A stretch of 64,000 nucleotides of DNA from Patescibacteria group bacterium (GTDB lineage: Bacteria > Patescibacteriota > Dojkabacteria > J137), in contig CAUJCN010000001.1 of NCBI GenBank assembly GCA_963169855.1, forward strand, positions 17,828-81,827. The letters run 5' to 3'. The first letter of the stretch is position 1; each line of letters opens with the position of its first letter. Shown one piece after another: positions 1 through 8,343 of the stretch. The notes beneath the pieces are model-generated. The model worked only from the letters and a program-made list of their open reading frames with translations, was not told where the DNA came from and searched no databases. Both the position numbers and the translations under genes were made by a program.

Positions 1-62
1 ATATAATAAATGCGAACCAAGCTTTATACGTTACTATACATATTTCTTAAACAATTCTTTAT

Positions 63-1814
63 ATGAGATCAAAGAAATTCCTAATACTTGGAGTCGCGAT
101 ACTCCTTGGAATAAGTGTTGTTGCAATATTTTTAATAATGAACCAGAACCTTGCGATAGAAGATTCAGAAGCAAGTAACTCAGCAGATTTGGAAGAAGCA
201 GTAGCTGAATGGCCTGCATCCTCCGACTTAGTAACACTAGCCGCAGTTGGTACCAACCAGCAGTCTTGTTCTGATCTAAGTGGACCAGCGGTATTGGTAA
301 GTAGTGATCTACCAACATTCTTAAAGAAAGGAGAAGCATTCACAGGTACATTGAAAATATTAAACTGTTCCAAAGCAACATGGAAGAAGTATAACGGAAA
401 TAGAGGACATAACTTTGGTCCTGTAAATCCTCAAGAGAACAATACATTTGGGCCAACTAGATATGCACTACCTAACGATGTAGCACCAGGAACTTCCGTA
501 GATCTACAAGTAACTGGAACAGCACCTTCTACAAATGGAAGTCATGTATTTCAACTAGGATTAGTTAAAGAATCTGTAAAGTGGATTACACCATATCTAT
601 CTCCTCATATATTTATCGTTGGAGACTACAAGACATGTGATGCAGCAAGAGCATTGGTAAATACAACTCAAGATGCAAAACAAACACTACAAACATGTAT
701 AGATGCAGCTCCAGTGGGATCTGCAGTTGTACTACCAACTGGTGTATACACAGTCTCGGGTCAGGTTCGAGTTAAAAATACAATCAGTTTAGTCTCTGAA
801 AAAAGTGTATCAACAAGAACTGCTTTTACATGTGACACAGAACCCTACACCAATTGTGCAGTTATCAAGGCAGGAGCTACCTATAGAGGAGCAGGAACCA
901 CAGAGCCAGAAGTAGCTGTGCTAAGAGTAGCTAGTGAAAACGGAGGAAATGTTAATAATTTTACAATGGTAAATATTGTAATCGATGGAAACATTACAGA
1001 ACGTCTAGCTGCTTCAACTGGTAAATGTCTTGCAGGAGTAGCTAGAGACTTTAATATCTCTGCAAACAGTTATGGATTTAAAATGTTTAGAAGTGCATCA
1101 GTGAATGCTGTCTGCGGTACTGGACTATCTCTTTTTGGAGGAACCTCTACAGAAGGTGGTGGGGCTGTTATAGCATTTAATCTATTTGCAAAAAACGGAA
1201 CACATCATCAAGATGACGGCAATCATGGACCTTGGGCTGATGGTGCATCTATCGTAGGAAGGAATATGTATGTATTTAACAATACTTTCTACAACAATAC
1301 CGATGTAGATCTAATCTTCTGGCACAGCAAAGGAAGTCACATACATTACAATAGATTAAACCACAACAATCAAGACTACTATAGTTATGCAACATTAATG
1401 CTAACTGCAAATGTAGATGATCCAATTGGAGCAGATCACTCTGGAACTGTAATTTCATTTAACAAAATAAAGTGTGGAAGAGCATGTGGTTTTGGAATAG
1501 TTATTGGAGGAAAGAATTGGTCTCCTAGTGCTACTAAATCTTTAGGGGGAACAGTTAAGAACAATACGATTCAAGGAACTTATCAAGCAATAAGTGTTGC
1601 TGGTGCAGGAACAGCAGAAGCTCCAGTCATTATCTCTGGTAACAAGTTTGTTAATACTAAATACATTAAGAACAGTTGTGGAGAAACAACAACAGACCTT
1701 GTATATAACCCTGGCAGTGTAGTCTCACACGACTTAACTAGTAGAGTTAATAGCAAAGGTTGGAACTGTACCTTACCTAGCTGTAACTTTGATCAGAACT
1801 TCTGTGCAAACTAA
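63..1814 (+). CDS. Membrane-anchored/secreted protein with NBR1-like Ig domain and right-handed beta-helix (pectin lyase-like) region
   Basis: N-terminal K-rich plus hydrophobic segment; Ig-like signature (GEAFTGTLKILN..ATW..VAPG..V.AP...G); LPTGVY motif then Asn-rich beta-helix repeats; several Cys. Confidence 0.7.
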   Translation: MRSKKFLILGVAILLGISVVAIFLIMNQNLAIEDSEASNSADLEEAVAEWPASSDLVTLAAVGTNQQSCSDLSGPAVLVSSDLPTFLKKGEAFTGTLKILNCSKATWKKYNGNRGHNFGPVNPQENNTFGPTRYALPNDVAPGTSVDLQVTGTAPSTNGSHVFQLGLVKESVKWITPYLSPHIFIVGDYKTCDAARALVNTTQDAKQTLQTCIDAAPVGSAVVLPTGVYTVSGQVRVKNTISLVSEKSVSTRTAFTCDTEPYTNCAVIKAGATYRGAGTTEPEVAVLRVASENGGNVNNFTMVNIVIDGNITERLAASTGKCLAGVARDFNISANSYGFKMFRSASVNAVCGTGLSLFGGTSTEGGGAVIAFNLFAKNGTHHQDDGNHGPWADGASIVGRNMYVFNNTFYNNTDVDLIFWHSKGSHIHYNRLNHNNQDYYSYATLMLTANVDDPIGADHSGTVISFNKIKCGRACGFGIVIGGKNWSPSATKSLGGTVKNNTIQGTYQAISVAGAGTAEAPVIISGNKFVNTKYIKNSCGETTTDLVYNPGSVVSHDLTSRVNSKGWNCTLPSCNFDQNFCAN

Positions 1815-1831
1815 TAGAGAAAGTAAGATTG

Positions 1832-1861
1832 ATAGAATCGTGGATAATAGAATCGTGGATA
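1832..1861 (+). repeat. Tandem 15-nt direct repeat (ATAGAATCGTGGATA x2)
   Basis: Two perfect adjacent copies between convergent genes. Confidence 0.85.
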
Positions 1862-1870
1862 ATTGAATTG

Positions 1871-1894
1871 AAAAGGCACCAAACGGTGCCTTTT
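1871..1894. terminator. Bidirectional intrinsic terminator
   Basis: AAAAGGCACC-AAAC-GGTGCCTTTT inverted repeat between convergent genes. Confidence 0.85.
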
Positions 1895-1913
1895 CTTAAA
1901 TCTTAATATAACC

Positions 1914-2165
1914 TTATGAAAGGTGAGCAGATACAAGTTTTGTCATTTCGAACATGTTTACTTGTGCCTTTCCTCCGAAAACCTTCTTTAGTTTATCGTC
2001 AGCATTGATATTTCTCTTGTTTGTTTGATCCTGTAGACCGTTAGCTTTGATATAAGCCCAAAGTTTTTTTGTAACTTCTGTTCTTGGCATAGGTCCTGCT
2101 CCTACAACAGCTTGTAGATCTGCAGAAAGATTCATTGGTTTAGCTAATCCTTTAGGTACTGCCAT
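1914..2165 (-). CDS. SWIB/MDM2 domain protein
   Basis: LS..L..VVG..PMPRTEVTKKLWAYIK.NGLQD..NKR.INAD..LK.VF SWIB signature. Confidence 0.95.
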   Translation of the reverse strand: MAVPKGLAKPMNLSADLQAVVGAGPMPRTEVTKKLWAYIKANGLQDQTNKRNINADDKLKKVFGGKAQVNMFEMTKLVSAHLS

Positions 2166-2436
2166 ATATATTTATTAAAAATTAAATAGTACCTTACAAT
2201 CTACCATAGTTTGTTACTTTTACCAAGATACAAGGAAGAGAACGCTCTCCAAGCGTCAATATTGAGTATATATGAGACTGGATCAGAACGTCCAACCAAT
2301 AGGCAAAAATAATTAGTTTTACATAGTAAAACTTGCTATAATTGTGCATAAATTTAGTGTACAGAAATGTATCTAGATTTACCAATTTTTGATATGCCTT
2401 ATTAAGCTATCTCGTACTTAAGAATAAAATCTTCTG

Positions 2437-2450
2437 TGCACTTTAACAAT
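2437..2450 (+). promoter_or_regulatory. boxA-like antitermination motif
   Basis: TGCACTTTAACAAT differs from E. coli rrn boxA TGCTCTTTAACAAT at one position; lies at the 5' edge of a GC-rich cassette. Confidence 0.6.
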
Positions 2451-2480
2451 CTGGATAAAATTTGATATCTGAAACAATAT

Positions 2481-2847
2481 GGTAAGGTAAACCCGATGTC
2501 AGCAAAGTGTGCCTTAAAAAAGACATACCTGGCTGTCATCGGGGGAATTACCCCATACAGTTCTGCTCTTTATTTCATTGAGCAGATTCTGACCGAAAAT
2601 TTAAAAATCCTTTTCCAGGGAGGAAAACCAGGAAAGGTACGGTAGATATTGCCGTGGTCCTTCAAAAAGACCAAATGTATTGGGGAGCGCGAGGCCTTCC
2701 CGTGTCGAAAGACCGAAGTCGAAAGACAAGCCTTGTGGGGGAGAAAACCACCCGCCTAGCGAAAGCAAAGCGAAAAAATCATCTCGAGAGCAGAGGGGGC
2801 AGGAATCGTCTAAGCGGATTATTGCCGAAAACGGCCTGTTCCCTCAA
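2481..2847 (+). ncRNA. Highly structured leader RNA of unknown family
   Basis: Many hairpins: CCCGATG/CATCGGG, TCTGCTC/GAGCAGA, TTTTCC/GGAAAA, GTC-GAAA-GAC twice, GC-GAAA-GC, GAGGGGGCAGG/CCTGTTCCCTC with G-U pairs on the + strand. Confidence 0.6.
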
Positions 2848-2862
2848 AAGGAGGCAAAGGTA

Positions 2863-4572
2863 ATGAGTAAGAAATTCTTTTGGGTGCTCGCGGCAGTAAT
2901 TCTTGCCGTAAGCACCATCGGGTTTGCCGCGCTGTCAAGCGCGGCGAACGAAGCCGCAGTGGAACCGATTGTGGAGGTGCTAACACAGGTACCGCCACAG
3001 GAAGTTCAAAGCGTGGTTATTGTTGCGGCGCAACCGACGTACGCGGAATGGCAAGCGGCGCAGTCAATCGAACTGCCCCAACACCATCCCGAGTTACTGT
3101 CGGTGACCGTTGTCTGTTATAACGCAACCCATTACAAAGGCTTCGTGACGGCTCGGCCAGACGCCGACCGTCCGTCTCTGACGTGGTGGATCGTTTCGCC
3201 AGCGGGATATCTTCCCGTTGGTGAACAGACCGCGACGTTAGTGAACACGTTCAGCCGTGAAATCCTAGTGCCTGTAAGCCAGGCGAGCTACACCGAAACG
3301 GTCACGGCTCGCTGGTCAAACAATGCACAGGGAACCGGTTCGGTGACTTTCAACCGTCCACAGAACTGCCCGCCGAGTGCAACCACTGCGGCACCTACGA
3401 CGGTAGTTCCACCAACGGTTCAGCCTACAACGGAAACTCCGCCCACGGTTCAACCTACGACGGTCACTCCGCCGACAGTTCAACCCACAACGGAGACTCC
3501 GCCCACGGTGCAACCCACGACGGAGACTCCGCCCACGGTTCAGCCCACAACGGAGACTCCGCCTACGGTTCAGCCCACGACTGAGACTCCGCCCACGGTG
3601 CAACCGACAATCACGCTGACGCCGTCCCTGACGGCGACCAACGTGCAGAACAATCCGACGCCGACGCAGCCGGCTAGCACTGACATTCCAGTGTATGCGT
3701 GCGACAACGTCTCGATCCAATATGATGGGACAACGTTGGAGTACCAGACACCAGATTTGAAGTGGCACTACGGTGCAACCCTCAACGCAGGACGACTCGT
3801 ACTGGCGCAAGGGTCAGCACCGCATGGTGCCAGATTCCGTTTGGTGTACAACGGCATCGTGTTGGTTGAGTTCACTATGAACCAGGGCCAGTGCGAGTGG
3901 GTTCCGACCTTTAGCGAGGTCACGCCCACACCGCCGCCAGACCCCTGTCCGGAATGCACGGAGTACTACTGTGAAATGCAACTCGGAGACGAGTTGATTA
4001 CTCCGTACTGGGACTGGAAGCGCGGGCTGCTTTACAACGTTCGCTCAACCAAACCGTTCCCCGGCGTCCAGGTCACGTACCCCGACATCAACGGGGTGAC
4101 CCGTTTCTTTGCCCATCGCCTCACGGCGAGCGAAGTTTTGACGATCCTCGCGGAGACCGACACGGAGTTTGCGCTCGCGGGCGAGATCACCTTCAGCAAC
4201 AGCGAAGGCGTCCACACGATCGAAGGACACGGAAACGTGAACCTTATTGATGCCGCGTTCGTTGAGCTTGCCAAGGGCAATTCGCCCCACGTCCAAGTCG
4301 AAGGCGGCCAGTGCTCCGAATGCCAACAGGGCGGATGGAGCACCCGTATCGTGAATGGTGAGCTCTATTGGTGGGTGGGATACGGCGGTACGCCGTATGA
4401 CCTCGCCCTCGCAATCGAGATCGACGCGGCCATGGAAATTGGTGAGGCTTTCGCCAGGGCGAAGCGAATTTACGAACGCTTCCACGATGACGCTGCTGCC
4501 TTAGTTGCCGCCAAGAGGCCTGATCCGGGCTTCGGTTGGTACAACATAGACGGAGAACGTCTCGGCCAGTAA
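2863..4572 (+). CDS. GC-rich secreted protein with Pro/Thr-rich linker and Cys-containing C-terminal domain
   Basis: Start reassigned from 2680 to ATG 2863 (AAGGAGG at 2848-2854; MSKKFFWVLAAVILAV signal peptide); PPTVQPTTET repeats; CPEC and CSEC motifs. Confidence 0.8.
   Translation: MSKKFFWVLAAVILAVSTIGFAALSSAANEAAVEPIVEVLTQVPPQEVQSVVIVAAQPTYAEWQAAQSIELPQHHPELLSVTVVCYNATHYKGFVTARPDADRPSLTWWIVSPAGYLPVGEQTATLVNTFSREILVPVSQASYTETVTARWSNNAQGTGSVTFNRPQNCPPSATTAAPTTVVPPTVQPTTETPPTVQPTTVTPPTVQPTTETPPTVQPTTETPPTVQPTTETPPTVQPTTETPPTVQPTITLTPSLTATNVQNNPTPTQPASTDIPVYACDNVSIQYDGTTLEYQTPDLKWHYGATLNAGRLVLAQGSAPHGARFRLVYNGIVLVEFTMNQGQCEWVPTFSEVTPTPPPDPCPECTEYYCEMQLGDELITPYWDWKRGLLYNVRSTKPFPGVQVTYPDINGVTRFFAHRLTASEVLTILAETDTEFALAGEITFSNSEGVHTIEGHGNVNLIDAAFVELAKGNSPHVQVEGGQCSECQQGGWSTRIVNGELYWWVGYGGTPYDLALAIEIDAAMEIGEAFARAKRIYERFHDDAAALVAAKRPDPGFGWYNIDGERLGQ
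3409..3610 (+). repeat. 30-nt coding tandem repeat (PPTVQPTTET, about 7 units)
   Basis: Repeated CCGCCnACGGTnCAnCCnACnACnGAnACT units with third-position variation. Confidence 0.9.
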
Positions 4573-4632
4573 GATATCAAACCCACACCCCACTAGTAAT
4601 TTGTAGTGTGGTGGGGATTTATCCAGATTGAA

Positions 4633-4668
4633 AAACACCCGTCGTAATGGCGGGTGTTTCTTTTTCTT
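4633..4668 (+). terminator. Intrinsic terminator
   Basis: AAACACCCGTC-GTAAT-GGCGGGTGTTT followed by CTTTTTCTT. Confidence 0.85.
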
Positions 4669-4684
4669 GTTTTTGAAGACTAAA

Positions 4685-6124
4685 TTACATTTCTACCAAT
4701 CCAAACAATCTCCTTTTACCAAGGCCAATTGCTCTTCTTGAACTTTTGTAAGTTTTATCTAGAGTAGCATCATTAAAAAAATCAATTATTCCCAGAATTT
4801 CTGCTGTTCGCTTTTCATAATAAGTTTCTTCCCACTTTCCAAAAACTTCTGGAAAACATGATTCAACAAACATAAGTAAATCATCAAATTTATCAAAATC
4901 TGCTACTTCATCAATAATCCATGTGTTTAAATTCATCCATCTTTCAATTTCTGGATCATATTGAGTAAGCTGTGGAGACTGACCCAACTCGAAGGTTGCT
5001 TTCAACACTTCTAACCCTTTGGACTTTCTAATTGAGTGTATAAGTCTTTCTTTTCTTATGCGATTTTTAATTGATTGTTCAAGTTTTCTAAATTCAGTTT
5101 TAGATAGCTTATTTAAAAGAAATTGCTTTATATGGTTTAGATATTGAGGAGGATTAAGATGCATATTTCCTATTACATTTGGGACTGCAAATGTTGTATC
5201 ACATAAATCAAGTCTTTGTCTATCAGCTACATTTTTAAAGTTCCCTCGACCGAAAATACCACCCACATGCTGACTTCGTCCTCTGAAGGCTGTTTGCACA
5301 ACATTACCTAAAGCAACAACTTCATCCCTATCACTACCAAAAGTGTCTCTAGATGATGGACTTGCGTAGCGTGTATCGTCTGCGTAAGGAATATCACAAA
5401 CTCTAATCGCGTAGAATCCATGATGCTTTCTCTTCTCCATTATGATTACAAGATTTCTAACTGCTTCGTCAAATCTCTTATACGCATGTGAATCCCAGAT
5501 CCCAACTCCACCTTCAGCAGGAAAAGTATCCAGAGGTAATCTAACCAAGTAATTGTTTTTTAATGCAGCTTTGATATTAGAAATAGCTGACCTATCAATT
5601 CGTGAGTCTGTATCTAAGAGAAGGTATGTTCCATCTCTATTCTGAGCCAAATATCTTCTAAGAATAATTTGTTCTCCAATTTTTCGAGATCTTTCTATAA
5701 AGTCATCGCTTGTACGACCTTCGAAAGGTTCATTAGCTAGATCTACGTAACCAATAACAATTCTGCTCATTGCAGACAACAATTTTGCATACTCATTTTC
5801 CGAAAAAGTAAAAAGCCCTTCAAGCTTTTCAAAATCTCCAGATTGAAGAATGTTTAGAACCTTGAGTAATTGTAGATTGTATCTGTACCTTTCAGTTCTG
5901 GACCACTTATCTTCGTGGGAATTGTTTACCACATAAATTATTTCAATCCTTCCTGAGTGATCTTGTCTTCCTAAATCTATCAAGCTCTTTATGAAACATC
6001 CATTTACTAAATCGTGGCCAGAAATAGGAAGTACTACACTTGTACAAATGTCTGAAGCTAAGTCTGGTATGTGCGTGGAAAATTGAGATTCGTGTTGAAA
6101 GAAACTACTGTATTCATTAATCAT
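4685..6124 (-). CDS. Glycosyltransferase-like protein (GT-A fold)
   Basis: SVVLP, EIIYVVNN, SRKIG and LLDTD (DxD) motifs in GT2-like order. Confidence 0.55.
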   Translation of the reverse strand: MINEYSSFFQHESQFSTHIPDLASDICTSVVLPISGHDLVNGCFIKSLIDLGRQDHSGRIEIIYVVNNSHEDKWSRTERYRYNLQLLKVLNILQSGDFEKLEGLFTFSENEYAKLLSAMSRIVIGYVDLANEPFEGRTSDDFIERSRKIGEQIILRRYLAQNRDGTYLLLDTDSRIDRSAISNIKAALKNNYLVRLPLDTFPAEGGVGIWDSHAYKRFDEAVRNLVIIMEKRKHHGFYAIRVCDIPYADDTRYASPSSRDTFGSDRDEVVALGNVVQTAFRGRSQHVGGIFGRGNFKNVADRQRLDLCDTTFAVPNVIGNMHLNPPQYLNHIKQFLLNKLSKTEFRKLEQSIKNRIRKERLIHSIRKSKGLEVLKATFELGQSPQLTQYDPEIERWMNLNTWIIDEVADFDKFDDLLMFVESCFPEVFGKWEETYYEKRTAEILGIIDFFNDATLDKTYKSSRRAIGLGKRRLFGLVEM

Positions 6125-6221
6125 GTCGCGATTTTAACACAGTTAAGCTTTATCGGCTTTTATATGTCTAGGGTTTTCTGTTAGAATGTAAGCTAGTTAA
6201 TTAGAGTGAAAAAGTATACAA

Positions 6222-6896
6222 ATGGAATCAGCAATAATACCAATACGACACGGTAAAACTAATTATACAGAGAAAGATCTAGACCTAACTCTCCAAGGTA
6301 TTGAGGAGACAAAAGATCTAGCACGCGATATGGCTAAAGAAATTACTAGTTACGACGAGCTTATCGTACTGTCATCACCATTAGCTAGAACGAGAGGAAC
6401 TGCAAAAGTCTTTTTAGATGAATTGAATATGTCTACCGACCCAAAGATTATGCGATCGGTGAGATGTATAGATATCCATGACATAAGGGCTTTTCATGAG
6501 TTTGAGAAGACAAACAGCACAAGTGTTTATGGACAAATGTGGTTTAATCATCCTGACCTTGCAGAAACAAGTAACTTTGCCGAAGGCAGAAACCTAGTAA
6601 ACGAAAGAGCGGGTCAGTTCTTAAGACATATGTCGCAATTCGTTGCAAGAAGATCAAAAGAAACAGGGAAAAGAATCTGTGTGTTAGTGTTTACTCATTT
6701 TGAAATAGCCTCCAACTATCTAAGACCCTTATACGACACAGAAATTTTTCCTGATGTAGAAGCCCCTGGAATTAAAAACTCAGAAGCAATCAAAATTCTA
6801 GTAAATCCCGAAACCCCAAGAGAAGTTACAATCGAGGCTCGTACACTAAGAAAAAAAGCTTTAATTGATGGCAACAATCTTATTCCCTTAGACTAG
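6222..6896 (+). CDS. Histidine phosphatase family protein
   Basis: IRHGKT, SSPLARTRGTA and VFTH motifs. Confidence 0.85.
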   Translation: MESAIIPIRHGKTNYTEKDLDLTLQGIEETKDLARDMAKEITSYDELIVLSSPLARTRGTAKVFLDELNMSTDPKIMRSVRCIDIHDIRAFHEFEKTNSTSVYGQMWFNHPDLAETSNFAEGRNLVNERAGQFLRHMSQFVARRSKETGKRICVLVFTHFEIASNYLRPLYDTEIFPDVEAPGIKNSEAIKILVNPETPREVTIEARTLRKKALIDGNNLIPLD

Positions 6897-6900
6897 AACA

Positions 6901-7932
6901 ATGAACTTTGAAGAAGCAGTTAACAAATACTTTGCAGATCGAAACGCAAAAGTTATTTCAATTGAAAAGCTCGGTTCTGGTCTAGTGGCTGATGGATACA
7001 GAGTTGATTACGAAATAAATGGAGTTTCATCAAAAGTTGTATGCAGAAGACTTCATGGAGAAGGAATGTCTAGAGATTATCTTTCTGACAATCTAGGTTA
7101 CTTACTACTTCAACATCATATTGCAGAAACTCATCCACAGCACGTTAAATCAGAGAACGTCGTTTGTTTTGGAGAAAAAATTGAAACTTTTTCTCTTGAG
7201 GGAGTCCAAGATGTATTTCAAATAGTTGAATTTGCAGAAGGTGATAGTTATTTTAAGTATATCAGTGAAATTAAAGACGGGTTTACAGCCGAGCAAGAAA
7301 ATCTTGTAACTGGAATTACTCAATACATGAAAAACGCTCATGATATCAAACCTGAATTTAAGGAAAGCAAAAATGCAAACTTGTACTGGAGACATTCTCA
7401 GGATTTTATTGGAAGTGAAGTTTTGATGGATATTCTCGATGTTTGGCCAAATGACGATCTATTATCGATTGAACGAAGATCAGAGTTAATAAGAAATTTA
7501 TACGTTATCAGAGAAGAAACAAGACATCTTTCTAATAGATGCGCAATGATTCATTCTGATTTACATCCAGATAATATTCGCGTTTCCAACGGGGAAGTTC
7601 GAGTATTAGATTCTGCAAGAACAATCTGGGGAGAACCAATGGACGATCTGACTAGCATGCTGGCAAATTACTTTTTCTTTGGACAAAAATTCCCCGAATC
7701 TAAATCTGAATATAAGAAAGCATACGACACAATGTTAGCGACTTATTTTGATGGATCAATCGATTCAGATAGCAATAAAGTTGCAAGATTATATTTACCT
7801 ATTAGACTTTTAATCCTTGCTCATCCAATATTTTTTTCTAATGACTCTAAGCAATTGAAGAAATTCATAGTTAATTTGGCGTTATCAATATCAACAGATA
7901 AAAATTTTACACTAAACAACTTATGGAAATAA
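6901..7932 (+). CDS. Aminoglycoside phosphotransferase-like kinase
   Basis: HSDLHPDNI and VLDSAR..WGEP.DD motifs. Confidence 0.85.
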   Translation: MNFEEAVNKYFADRNAKVISIEKLGSGLVADGYRVDYEINGVSSKVVCRRLHGEGMSRDYLSDNLGYLLLQHHIAETHPQHVKSENVVCFGEKIETFSLEGVQDVFQIVEFAEGDSYFKYISEIKDGFTAEQENLVTGITQYMKNAHDIKPEFKESKNANLYWRHSQDFIGSEVLMDILDVWPNDDLLSIERRSELIRNLYVIREETRHLSNRCAMIHSDLHPDNIRVSNGEVRVLDSARTIWGEPMDDLTSMLANYFFFGQKFPESKSEYKKAYDTMLATYFDGSIDSDSNKVARLYLPIRLLILAHPIFFSNDSKQLKKFIVNLALSISTDKNFTLNNLWK

Positions 7933-8292
7933 CAAATACAAAACCTGATGATTTTATTAAATCACTTCCCTTAGAACATCGAGATGATATTGCAACGTTG
8001 GATAAATTAATAGTAAGTGTTGATCCAAAACAAAGTAGAGTAATGTGGGAAGGAAAATTCTGGGGTGGAACAGATCAGAAGATTATTGGCTATAAAAATG
8101 TAGTTTTTCGAGCAGGAACAAAAAAAAGAAGTTGAATGGTTTGCTGTTGGATTAGCATTGCAAAAAAATTACATAACCGTTTATGCAGTTGCTGTTAGTG
8201 GGAACATGTATCTGGTTGAAGAGTTTAAAGACAAACTTGGCAAGAAAGTTAAAGTCGGAAAAAGCATTCATATTGTATGGCACACACTATAG
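7923..8292 (+). pseudogene. DUF1801-like gene, frameshifted at an A8 run and apparently 3'-truncated
   Basis: WEGKFWGGTDQKIIGY family motif; removing one A from 8120-8127 continues KEVEWFAVGLALQKNYITVY...KVKVGKS to TAG 8292. Confidence 0.7.
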
Positions 8293-8343
8293 TCAAGTAT
8301 TTGTTCAAAGAATGCTAAAATTAAGTGGATTATTAAACCTACT

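Noticed and set aside
1832-1861. Possible CRISPR repeat
   Set aside because: Only two adjacent 15-nt copies, no spacers, no cas genes.
44-1870. Possible third enclosed cassette around gene 63-1814 (TCTTAAACAATTC upstream, GAATTG before the terminator)
   Set aside because: Only 6 bp of complementarity, AT-rich gene and no SD; compatible with chance.
2605-2640. GGAGGAAAACC resembling the RNase P RNA GAGGAAAGUCC motif
   Set aside because: The motif is imperfect and I found no matching 3' P4 strand.
2654-2862. ORF 2654-2863 and the 61-aa N-terminal extension of ORF 2680-4572
   Set aside because: They overlap the structured leader; SD and signal peptide place the start at 2863.
2880-4485. Alternative-frame and antisense ORFs inside cassette 1
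   Set aside because: Expected by-product of GC-rich, repetitive coding sequence.
2447-4630. 13-bp inverted repeat read as IS/MITE terminal repeats
   Set aside because: No transposase or clear target-site duplication; the arms are interrupted by RNA-type hairpins, tied to a boxA-like motif and terminator, and differ in sequence between the two cassettes.
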